A DNA stretch of 63,012 bases, filler included, from Octopus bimaculoides (lineage: Eukaryota), in the NCBI RefSeq assembly GCF_001194135.2. It is 6 parts of 4 records of this genome, joined end to end, with 100 filler letters (N's around TTAATTAATTAA, not from the genome) between each part and the next. Parts side by side here need not be neighbours in the genome. Positions count along the whole stretch, not along the records: positions 22,394 to 29,143 come from NC_068989.1; positions 29,244 to 47,395 come from NC_068986.1; 4 more parts are not named here. The stretch is one strand, 5' to 3'. The notes under the pieces are model-generated. The model was not told the origin of the DNA. It saw only the letters and a list, made by a program, of their open reading frames with translations, and searched no databases. The translations under genes were made by a program, and so were the position numbers. This document shows positions 25,905 to 36,849 of this stretch, piece after piece (the first letter of the stretch is position 1; each line of letters starts with the position of its first letter).

Positions 25905-26273
25905 CAAACAAAAGCACTCAGAGAGCGCAAGCCTCCACCAAGGCAACACCAACGTCCTCTCAACGATTAGCCGGAGATGAATTTTAAAATGAGAATATCT
26001 GAAATAAACTCGACTGCTCTCACAAACGAGAATACTAAAAATGAATCCAACCGCTCTCAAAAATTAAGTAAAAACAAAACAGGAAAAGTAATCCAGAATC
26101 CTTGTCTGGTACCAGATCGACTCCAAAATCTAATCAGTTCGTGCCAGTGACGAGGCCAAACATCTCTAAAAGTTTCATCCGAATCCATCCAGCAGTTCTT
26201 GAGATATTTTCTCCACGGACAAACGAGAAAATAAACAAACGTGACTGAAAACAATACGCTAAGCCCGAGGTAA
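25905..26273 (-). mobile_element. Helentron-associated non-autonomous element (HINE/DINE-1-like)
   Basis: Minus strand: tacctcggg...gtttgt..., ending ttggtggaggcttgcgctctctgagtgcttt (subterminal IR followed by a short palindrome). The same end occurs at 41554 and 42485. Confidence 0.6.
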
Positions 26274-26743
26274 TTAAAAGCTAGTGGGATTAACTTAATC
26301 GAATAACCTCTGCTCCCGAAATTTCAGGCCTTGTGCTTATAAACATAATTTTTTTTTTCTCTATAGTCCCTCTAAAATAATCAAGCATTTGCATTAATGG
26401 TGATGCTAAAAATACGGCAACAGCCTCTGGCTAAAACCGATAACGGAATAACTAAATAACAGAATAATAAGACTTATATGAATTGGTTTTGGCAGCTGCG
26501 CTGTGAGAAGCTGGTGGAAGCCTTCATTTTGTGTCTGCAATGTCTTAAAGTATACGAGACGCTACTGACATAATTAATGCTCTACTGACCGGATGGGAGA
26601 ACCACCCACGCTCCAGCGGTCGATGGTTATGTAGATGATGATGGCATATAATTGGAAGTAATTAGGAATACCCTTTAATTCCTTTACTTGTGTCAGTCTT
26701 GGATTGCGGCCATGCTAGGGCATCACCTTGAAATATTCTAGAC

Positions 26744-27518
26744 CAGTGATTCTTAACCGAGGTCCATATGGCCCCTGGGGTCCATATAAGATTTTTAGGG
26801 GGTTCATTTAACAAAATAGTTCATAAAGGCCCCCTGAAAAATTTTTTTAATTTAGATGTATGTATTGGTAAGTATTGGAGGCACGTGGCTTAGTGGTTAG
26901 GGTGTCAGCATCATGATCGTAAGATTGTGGTTTCGATTCCTGGACCGGGCGACGCATTGTGTTCTTGAGCAAAACACTTCATTTCACGTTGCTCCAGTCC
27001 ACTCAGCTGCAAAAGTCAGTAACGCTGCGATGGACTGGCGTCCCATCCAGCTGGCAAACACATACGCCACAAAAACCGGGAAACCGGGCCCATGAGCCTG
27101 GCTAGGCTTTAAAATGGCGCATTTATTTATTTTTATATTGGTATGTATTGCAAGAAACAACTAGGTTTCTTTCTCTAACATTTTCCATTGTTAAACCTAC
27201 ACTAGTTAATATGTGATTTTTGGGGGTCCACGTAGCAAAATAGTGAATCGAAGATCCACAATAGTATTTCAAGGGCCCCCGAAAAACATTTTGATTTAGA
27301 CGTATGTATTGATATGTATTTCAAGAAACAGCATATCTTTCTTTCTCTGACGTTTTACGTAGTTCCACCTACACAAATTAATGTGTGAAAAACAAGATAG
27401 AAATTTTGAAAGAAGTTTCTATAAAACTAGTTTTTAAACATCGAATGGCTAGGGGGGTCCACCAGAATAAAATAGTAATGGAAGGGGTCCTGAGATGAAA
27501 AATGGTTGAGAAACCCTG
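26744..27518. mobile_element. Non-autonomous hAT (Charlie-like) element
   Basis: TIRs cagtgattcttaacc / ggttgagaaaccctg; 8-bp TSD ttctagac / ttttagat (NTCTAGAN-like); internal tandem duplication. Confidence 0.8.
26878..27135 (+). mobile_element. tRNA-derived SINE family C with V-domain-like core
   Basis: A box tggcttagtgg, B box gtttcgattcc, gttcttgagcaaaacactt, tgcgatggactggcgtcccatccag, (ATTT)n tail. 15-bp TSD tattggta(a/t)gtattg at 26863-26877 and 27136-27150. Confidence 0.8.
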
Positions 27519-27704
27519 TTTTAGATGATTTCATCAAACTAAAACTACCGAGCTTGCTTATTTTTACTGTTCCACTTACAGATTCTGTCTGTGAAGTTCG
27601 TGGTGACCGCTCTATTTTTTTCTTTTTTGTTTGAAAATCTTAGTATTTCTAGATTGTCACATAGAGGTTTACGAACATAATCAAGTAATTATTTATCTTT
27701 CATA

Positions 27705-27890
27705 GTTTACTTTTTTTCAGTCATTAGATTGCGGCCATGCTGGGGCAATGCCTTGACGTATTTTTTGTCGAATGAGTTGACCCCAGTACTCTTTCTTTGT
27801 AAAGCCTGGTTTTATCGGTTCCTTTTGCTGAACCGCTAGTCTATGGGGACGTAAACAAACGGAAACATAAAGACATACACATACACGCTT
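27705..27890 (-). mobile_element. SINE family A 3' tail fragment
   Basis: ttcagtcattagattgcggccatgctgg...gaccccagtact...gctgaaccgct. Confidence 0.7.
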
Positions 27891-28608
27891 TCGCCGAATC
27901 TCCTTCGAATGTATTTATGCAAGTATGTATGCGTGTATGTATAATCTCTGTGTGTGTGTATGTGTGTGTGTGAGTGTGTGCGCGCGTGTTTTATCTCTCT
28001 ATATATGGTATCTCTCTATATATGGTATATGTACAAGCATATTTTTTTTTTCCAATAACTACCAATGGAAGACTTTTTGGGAGGGGATAAAAATATAGAG
28101 ACAAAGAGAAAGAAAGAGAGAGAGAGAAGAGAAAAAGAGAGAAAGAGAAAGTGAGAGAACGTGAGGGAAAAAAAGAGAGACAGAGACAGAAAACAGGGGA
28201 CCGAGAAAGATGGAGAGAGAGAAGAAGAGAAAAGAGAGAGTGGATACAGGTAAAAACGGAAAGGAGGAGATTGAAAAAGGGCGACAGCGGTGTTAGACTC
28301 CTTCTTAGCTGTAGGGGTTAAAAGGTCCCTCAGATATAGAAATGGGAAAAATCAGCAACAGATAGGAAGATAATTCAAATGAACTCTTTCATGCTATTTA
28401 TTCCCTTACTGGGAATAAAATAAGGGCCGTCAGCTAAAGAGAATACAAATCACCGGAGTTCTTTAAGAAGGGGACAGAAGATGTAGGAAGGAAGTCGTCC
28501 CCCCTCTCTCCCTCTACCCACACACACGTACACACACACATGCACGCAAGCACGCACGTATAAATATATACACGCACATATATATTAGTTATATTTGCGC
28601 ATACACAC

Positions 28609-28644
<36 letters not shown>

Positions 28645-28718
28645 ATCTAAGTACCCATGCATGTATTTGTATATGAATATATCATGTAGATGTTTATATA
28701 TTATATACGACTCGTGTG

Positions 28719-28767
<49 letters not shown>

Positions 28768-29112
28768 TATATATATATATACACGCACATTTATATATGT
28801 AACAATTTTGTATTATCAGTGGGATATATATAAAGATGGCTAAATTCGTTGTCTTTCATTTTTCTTTCTGTGTATCTGCTTACATGCACACACACACAGA
28901 CACACAATCACACAAAGTCGTTTATATTCATATATACACACACATACACACGTGTGTATGTATGTATATGTGTATGGATTATACTATTAATGTGTGGTAG
29001 GAAGTATGGGAAATATGGCCTTCAAAGTGACTTTACTGGCATATGTGTACACACACGCACACATACATGCGCGCACATGTGTTATTTGTATATAGACATA
29101 TATGTATATATT

Positions 29113-29143
<31 letters not shown>

Positions 29144-29249
29144 NNNNNNNNNNNNNNNNNNNNNNNNNNNNNNNNNNNNNNNNNNNNTTAATTAATTAAN
29201 NNNNNNNNNNNNNNNNNNNNNNNNNNNNNNNNNNNNNNNNNNNGGTTTG

Positions 29250-31020
29250 GCTGTTTATCTGTTAGTCTGTGTGTGTGTGTGTGAGACGTAGTGGAAGGAA
29301 TTAGTAGCAGGAATAGTTTGGGAGTGGTTGTGGACAATGGTCAGTAGAAAGTAGGCAGGCAGTTTTTGAGTATGTGCGTGTGCGTGTGTGTGTGATTTCC
29401 TAGCAGTGTGTGCCTGTATCTTTGTGTGCATGTGTGTATGTGTGTGTGTATATGCGTGCGGTTTGCTCTGTGGATCGCACATGGGTTATTTTGTGTGTGT
29501 GTGTGTATGTATATGCATAGTATGTGTTACTGTTTGTTGTGTGTGTATGTGAGTTATGTGTGGGTTCATTTGCGTGTGTCCATGTATGTACACCTGGATG
29601 TGTGTGTGTGTGTGAGTGTGTGTGTAGGAGGTATGTGTAGGTTCATTTGCATGTGTGTGTAAGTGAGTTTGTTTCTACATGTGTGTGTATGTGTCTTGTG
29701 TGTGTGTGCACGTGTATGCATGTGTGATGTGTGTGCGTGTGTGTATGTATGTATACTTGGGTGTGTGTGTGTGTGTGAGTGTGTGTTGTGTATGTGTAGG
29801 AGTTATGTGTGGGTTCGTTTTCATGTGTATGTGGGTTTGTTTGTGCCGGTGTGTGTATGTGTCTTTTGTCTGTGTGTGCGTGTGTGGAGGGGGGTGCGTG
29901 TGTGTGGGTGTATGTGGATGTGTGTGCGTGTGTTTGTATGTGTGTGTATGTTGTGTATATGTGTGTTACTCTGTACGTGTGTGTGTGCATGCGTTTGCTT
30001 CTGTACGTGCATGCATGTGCGTGTGTTGTTTATGCCCATGTGTGTGTGATTGTATGCATGTCTGTGTGAGTGTGTTGTGTTTGTGAGAGGTGTTTGTGCG
30101 TGTGTGCGAGTATGTGTGCGTGTGCGTGTGTGTATGTGTGTGCGTGTATGTGTGTATGTATATGTGTGTGTGTGCGTGTGTATGTGTATGTGGGTGTGTG
30201 CATGTGTGTGGATGTGCGTACGCGTGTGTGTGGGATTGTGAGTGTTAGGTACGTGTGCGTGTGTATGTGTGTGCGCGTGTGTGTCTATGTGTGTCTGTGT
30301 GCGTGTGTGTGTATATTTCTTTTTCTGCGTGCGTGTATGTGTATATTGTGTATGTTTTCGTGCATGCGTGTGTATGTTGTGTATATGTGCGTTCCTGTGT
30401 ATGTGTGTGTGCATGTGTTTGCTTACATACGTGCGTGCATGTGTGTGTGTCATTTATGCCCCTTGTGTGTGTAGTTGTATGCGTGTTTGTGTGAGTGTGT
30501 GTTGTGTATGTGCGAGGTGTGTGTGCGTGCGTGTGCGAGTGTATGTGTGTGTGCATGTGTGTATGTGTGTACGTGTGTGTATGTGTGTGCATATGTGTGT
30601 GTGCGTGCGTATGTGTGTGTGTGAGCGTAAAGATGTGTGCCAAGTATGTGTGTTTTATTGCATGTGTGCACTCCTGTGTGTGTGTATATGTATGTGGCTG
30701 TGTATGTATGTGTATGTAGGCATGTGCGTTTATGTGTGCGCGTATATATGGGTGTGTGTGTGTCTGTGTGTGTGTAGGGCTGTGTGAGTAGGTGTGTGTC
30801 TCTATCACTGTGCGTGTGTGTGTGTGTATATGTATGTGGCTGTGTGTGTATGTGTATGTAGGCGTGTGCGTTTATGTGTGCACGTATATATGTGTGCGTG
30901 TGTGTGTCTGTGTGTGTGTAGGGCTGTGTGAGTAGGTGTGTGTCTCTATCACTGTGAGTGTGTGTGTGTGTGTATGGGTGCGTGCATTTTTTGTGTGTGT
31001 GGGTATGTGTGCGTGTAGGA
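29250..31020. repeat. About 1.8-kb degenerate (TG)-rich satellite with higher-order duplications
   Basis: Block near 29985-30120 recurs near 30410-30550; gtagggctgtgtgagtaggtgtgtgtctctatcactgtg occurs twice (about 30774 and 30919). Confidence 0.9.
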
Positions 31021-31189
31021 AATATGAAATAAATTGTGAATAATTGTAATAAAATAGTGAATAATGGAAATAAGGTAAAGTGGATGAGGGGGGAGGGCTT
31101 AAAATAAAAAAAAAAATTTTTTGAATGAAAAAAGTGGAGAAAAAATAAAGAAAAGTGTTGCATTGTTGTAAAGGAGACAGTCATAAGGA

Positions 31190-31660
31190 GGAGGGGGCTG
31201 TGTTGAGTCCGAAGGGGAAAGTTGTTCTTAGGTTGAAGATATAGTGCTGTTCCAAGCGGAGTCGCGAGGGAGTGGATCCATGGTGCAGAGCGAGGCCAAA
31301 AACAGAGATGTTAGAGGGGGAGTGGTTGGCCAAGTGGAAGTGATGGGCGACGGGGGAGTCCAAACCTAACCGAACGTCCCTTAGGTGTTCGGTGAAACGG
31401 TCGGCCAGCCGGCGGCCCGTCTGACCTAGGTATATTTTGTCACATAAGTTGCATCTGATGCAGTAGATAAGGTTGGAGGAGGTGCAAGAGAAACTGTGTG
31501 GAATGCGAAGAGTGTGTTAGTTAGACCCTGTGACAGAGGTAGCGTTGGTGATGAAGGGGCAGGTGTGACAGCGGGATCTGGAGCACAGGAAGGAGCCGGG
31601 TGGGGGTGGGGAGAAAGAGGAGAAGGTACTACAGACCAGTAGATCACGTAGGTTACGGGT
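31190..31660 (-). mobile_element. Neptune-like PLE 3' fragment (Cys-rich linker + GIY-YIG)
   Basis: RNLRDLLV, CSRSRCHTC, SNLIYCIRCNLCDKIYLGQTGRRLADRFTEH, PVAHHF, RLRLEQHYIFNLRTTFPFGLN; runs into an N gap. Confidence 0.85.
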
Positions 31661-32128
31661 NNNNNNNNNNNNNNNNNNNNNNNNNNNNNNNNNNNNNNNN
31701 NNNNNNNNNNNNNNNNNNNNNNNNNNNNNNNNNNNNNNNNNNNNNNNNNNNNNNNNNNNNNNNNNNNNNNNNNNNNNNNNNNNNNNNNNNNNNNNNNNNN
31801 NNNNNNNNNNNNNNNNNNNNNNNNNNNNNNNNNNNNNNNNNNNNNNNNNNNNNNNNNNNNNNNNNNNNNNNNNNNNNNNNNNNNNNNNNNNNNNNNNNNN
31901 NNNNNNNNNNNNNNNNNNNNNNNNNNNNNNNNNNNNNNNNNNNNNNNNNNNNNNNNNNNNNNNNNNNNNNNNNNNNNNNNNNNNNNNNNNNNNNNNNNNN
32001 NNNNNNNNNNNNNNNNNNNNNNNNNNNNNNNNNNNNNNNNNNNNNNNNNNNNNNNNNNNNNNNNNNNNNNNNNNNNNNNNNNNNNNNNNNNNNNNNNNNN
32101 NNNNNNNNNNNNNNNNNNNNNNNNNNNN

Positions 32129-32200
<72 letters not shown>

Positions 32201-34027
32201 TACATATACAGACACATAAATCTCTGTTAATTGACTAGAAGTGATAAATTACAGGATTCAATACAAATGTAGAGTATTCTTTAATACATTATAACTGAAA
32301 GGCTCTGATTTCTAGTACTTAAAGTTGCTCATTTCCAATCATCAGTTGATAAACCAAGCCTGGTTTTCTTTTGAATACCCACTGTTAGAATATTTTTTAA
32401 AAATAAAATGGAAGTTTAGAGGAAATGCTTAACCTTATATTCTTTCATCTAAATACCTTTGTGAAAGACATGTGAAAACAAATGCTTCAAGTTCATGCCT
32501 TTTATTTAATTTTTGGTTCCAGTGGTAATATCTATATAATAATCTGCTTGTTCATTTGCCCATTATGCATTAGTTATTTAGAGAGGTGGAGGTAGTGGTG
32601 AATGAAAGGTAGAGTAAGAGTGAGGGAGAGAGAAAGGGAAGAGTGAAGAAAGAAGAGAAGTAGAGAAAGGTGATTAATATTAATACAATTAAGCCAAATG
32701 TTCACGTGGTCAGCTGAAGGTAGGGGCGAAGAATGCAAGAAAAAGACGATGAGAGAAAGAGAGAGAGAGACAGACAGAAGTCTTAATGATGTGCAGTAGG
32801 GTGGAAAGGAATACTTATGTGATTAAAAAGTTAGTTGAAGGGAAAGGTAAGTAGAGAGAGATGGACAGGGGAGGCACTTACATTGAGAGAGAGGGGAGTA
32901 GATAGCAGTGGTGGTGGTGGTGGTGTGTTGATAGTGAAAAGTTGTTTTTTTTACTGAACTAATTGTTTTTTTTGCAGCCATCTCATATGCATAAGTGCAA
33001 TTATTTATCATCTGCTCACTTAAAAAAATGATATTTTTTAAGAAAGGATGCACAAATCTAGAGCACAGATCAGAGAGGATCAGCGAGAAAATATAATAAA
33101 AAGAGGAAAAAGACAACACCGACAGAGATGTGAAGAAATGGATGTAAACAAACATCAAGAATATTTAAGGAAAGCTAAACTATGAATACCATAAAAATGC
33201 AAATCATCCTTTCTTTCTTAAATAGATCCTCTTAATTTTTTCCAATCCATCAAATTTCCATGGTCCCACTAGTCTATATTATTCTATGTATTTCTGCATT
33301 ACTGCCTGTTTTGACTGTGTGTTACACTTACACCAAGCATCAAAGGAAGTAATGACTAGAGAGAGAGAAGGATGAGAAGGTGAGACTAAGAGAAAAAGAA
33401 AGAGAGAGAGAAGAGGAGATGGTCTCTATTATTCTGCATTTGTGTGTTCAAATTGCAGGTGCAGCTGAAATGTTTAACATAGTAAAACAATGTCATGAAG
33501 ATTTATAAATTTATGTATTAAAAGATGTATTAGCAGATAGTTAAATTAAAGTGAAACAACCTTAGTTAGCAAATAACTGTGGATGTTATGCTTCTATCAT
33601 TTACATGTTCCAGACCAAAGGATGTATCCATGCTAAGGTGCTGTCATTATTCATTTTTTCCTTGTTTTCTTTTTTAATTTGGTTTAAATACTTATTGGTA
33701 TTATGAGAGTAGATACATACAGAAGGGAATGCAGATATGATAGTTAATTAACCAGCTTGCTAGATAGATCAGTACATAGGTGAGTCTACCGATATCTCAT
33801 GAAATACACAGAGAGATATTTTAATAGAAATACAAATAGATATGCAGCCGAACTAAATTGAAATGAAAAGAAATGAAAATAACCTCAGTTAGTAAATAGC
33901 TTTGGCTGAGCCTTGGTGGTGTTTGAACAGCAAAAGGTGTAGTTTATATATATATAGGAGAATGTACGAAAAAACAACAACAGACGAGGACAGGATGTAT
34001 TAGTATGACGCTCAGGAATACGGAAAG

Positions 34028-34064
34028 TCTTTGACGTTTCGAGCTATGCTCTTCAACAGAAAGA
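34028..34064 (-). ncRNA. Minimal type-I hammerhead ribozyme motif (core A6 substituted)
   Basis: Minus strand: UCUUU CUGUUGA A GAGC aua GCUC GAAA C GUC AAAGA, giving a 5-bp helix I, 4-bp helix II, palindromic ACGU helix III and a GUC triplet. Confidence 0.65.
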
Positions 34065-34218
34065 ACACGGAGACAAGGAGAAAAACACGGAGAAAAAAGA
34101 ATATATATATATATATATACTTTATTTATTGCTGCTTTTAAATAAAGCATATTACTCTACCTCTGGTATCTGAGTACTCTTTTTTCCACCTTGTTGCACA
34201 TTTTATGTGCTTACTCCA

Positions 34219-34266
<48 letters not shown>

Positions 34267-34274
34267 CGAAATCG

Positions 34275-34638
34275 TGATGGCACCTGTGCCCAGCGTCGCC
34301 TTTCTGGCAGTTGTGCCCGTGGCATGTGCAAGGACTTTTGAGCGAGATCATTGCCAGTTCCCCTAGACTGGCTCTTGTGCGGGTGGCACATAAAATACAC
34401 CATTTTGAGCATGGCCGTTGCCAGCACCGCCTGATTGGCCTTCGTGCCGGTGGCACGTAAAAGCACCCTCTACTCTCTCTGAGTGGTTGGCGTTAGGAAG
34501 GGCATCCAGCTGTAGAAACTCTGCCAAATCAGATTGGAGCGTGGTGTAGTCATCTGGTTTCACCAGTCCTCAGTCAAATCATCCAACCCATGCTAGCATG
34601 GAAAGCAAACGTTAAACGACGATGATGATGATGATGAT
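34275..34638 (+). mobile_element. RTE-type LINE 3' UTR-only copy with (GAT)n tail
   Basis: ggcgttaggaagggcatccagctgtagaaac...caacccatgctagcatgg...gatgatgat; the same tail follows RTE ORF2 remnants at 43810 and 45112. Confidence 0.75.
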
Positions 34639-35469
34639 ACAAATAAGTTTTCTTATTTTAATTCATCTTTTATTTCCTTAAATCATAAAGCACATCACAT
34701 CTGTTAAATATATTAAGAGAAGGAAAATAAGCAATACTGTCTAAGTTCCTTTTGATTATATTTAAAAGAACAGTTCTGATTACATGGCAGGATTTCAAAA
34801 GAATTTTTTTTAATTCCTTGCTTGTGTTTAATATAATAACGTTTTCAAATATTCTGACGTACACTGTGGAATTTCTGTAGGTCCTGCTAGTTATTATAAA
34901 TGTCATAAACTTCATACAATCGAAGTCATGAAACTGCATTGCAATTTAAGCAATGCTCCAAAATATTTCCTTTAAGTAATATTCTTAATTGATGTTTTTT
35001 AAAAACAATGAATGCGTATGAAGATGTTCATTTTGCATGCACCTGTGCAGACACATACATATATACAAATACAGCCCTCTACAATTTTCTTCTTGCTCAT
35101 TGTTGTTCTTTAGTCCTAAGTCAGTCAGCAAGTCTTCTTGTGTTTAGACAAAGAGCATTTAGTGCATGAATTATTCAATGTGTCTTTTCCTGCTTTATAC
35201 AGGGAATTACTTTTTGTATGTGTATGTATGCTCATACGTGTCATGTGCAAACACACACACACACACACACTTGCGCACACACTCACACACACGTACACAC
35301 ACACACACACACACAAACACGCACAGATGCATATAAAATTAACAATTTTACTCAATGTTTACTTTTTGTCAACTTGAAGATATACTGTATTTATTCTAGA
35401 ACAATCTAATCTCAAATATAACATGACTCATACTTTTTGTACCTAAAAATCAGCAATGTGTTTTACCTT

Positions 35470-35674
35470 TGTTGTGGGGATAATAGTAATGTTGGTACAC
35501 CCCTCTCATGTGACAAGTGGTATGTGCTAGTCACTATAAACAAGGTGACATCAGTTAGTATAGGGAAGAGTACAAAGTAGACAGTCATAAATTGTTGTGG
35601 TCTTACTTGTCTTACTAACTATACTGCTATATCAGAGTGGGCTTTATAACAATCCAACATTAAGGATTACAACA
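35470..35674 (+). mobile_element. 5' LTR of Gypsy element (TGTTG...CAACA) followed by a PBS
   Basis: Inverted termini. tggtgatgagga at 35676 equals TGGCGACGAGGA with two CpG transitions, complementary to the recalled tRNA-Ser(GCU) 3' end. Confidence 0.75.
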
Positions 35675-35765
35675 GTGGTGATGAGGAATTAACAAGCTCA
35701 GGAGGAATTAACAAATTCACAAAAGTTCTTTTTGTGCAAATTTTACAGAAAAAAATCATAAAATT

Positions 35766-36800
35766 ATGGAAAATCTGTTGGCTGGTTTGCTCAAGTTGCA
35801 AAAGCAGCAACTGAATGAACAACAACAGCAGCAGCTACAACTGCAAAAACAACAGAAGAAGCAACAACAACAGCAGCTACAACTGCAAGAACAGCAGAAA
35901 CAACAACAGCTAAAAGAACAACAATAGCAACAGCTAAAAATGCAAGAACAGCAGAAGCAACAACAACAATTACTATTACTGCAACAAATGCTGTAATTAA
36001 TAAATAGTAAGTCATCAGGAAATGCTGAAAAAATGCTCTTACCATATTATGTTGAGAACTCGATAACAGAATTTAAATACAAACCAGACAAATGAGTTAC
36101 CTTCGAGGCTTACTATAGAAAATACAAACAAATCTTCAATAAAGAGTGCAAAGATTGGGATGACAATATGAAAATACACTTAATCTCAAGAAAACTGGCA
36201 GCAGGAGAACATGAGAGCATTACAGCAATTATGTACTCCCGAAAAAACCTTCTGGCATAAACTTTAAAAATACAATAGACATATTGTGCAAAAAGTTTAG
36301 TGAGAAAAGCTCATTGTTCAATACATGTTGGAAATGTTTGAACCTAGAAAAGAATGAGGACTACTTCACATATGCTGGTAGAGTTAACAGAGAATGTGAA
36401 AAGTTGAAGCTGGATGAATTAACACCAGATATGTTTAAGTGCTAGATATTTACTCGGGACTAACTGCAGAAAAATACACAGAAGTAAGAACAAGAATTCT
36501 CACTAAGCTGGAGCAAAACCAAGGTGTAACCTTACAACAAGTGTCAGAAGAGTGAAAGAATAGTAAATTTAAGACACGACACAGAGAAAATTGAACAAGT
36601 GAAACAAGTGCGAAACAGACAGAGTAGAAATCAAGTGTGTACTAAAATACAGTACAAACAGGACAAGAATCAGGGAAAAAAACCCATGTTTTGCATGTGG
36701 AGGTCTACACCTGAGGAAAAACTGTCCGTTTAAGAAAGCGGAATAGTTTCACTGTGGAAAAATTGGGCACATAAAAATGCACTGTAAAACCAAAATGACA
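35766..36800 (+). pseudogene. gag: Gypsy gag remnant with Gln-rich N-terminus and two zinc knuckles
   Basis: MENLLAGLLKLQKQQLNEQQQQ..., EFKYKPD..TFEAYYRKY, CFACGGLH...C and CGKIGHIKMHC; many stops. Confidence 0.8.
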
Positions 36801-36849
36801 AAACATTGGAAAGAAAATAGAATAAACGGTATGTCATCAAAAGAAAATG

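Noticed and set aside
26878-26950. tRNA-like sequences with A/B boxes (also heads of SINE families A and B)
   Set aside because: They are SINE heads with downstream cores, tails and TSDs, not cloverleaf tRNA genes.
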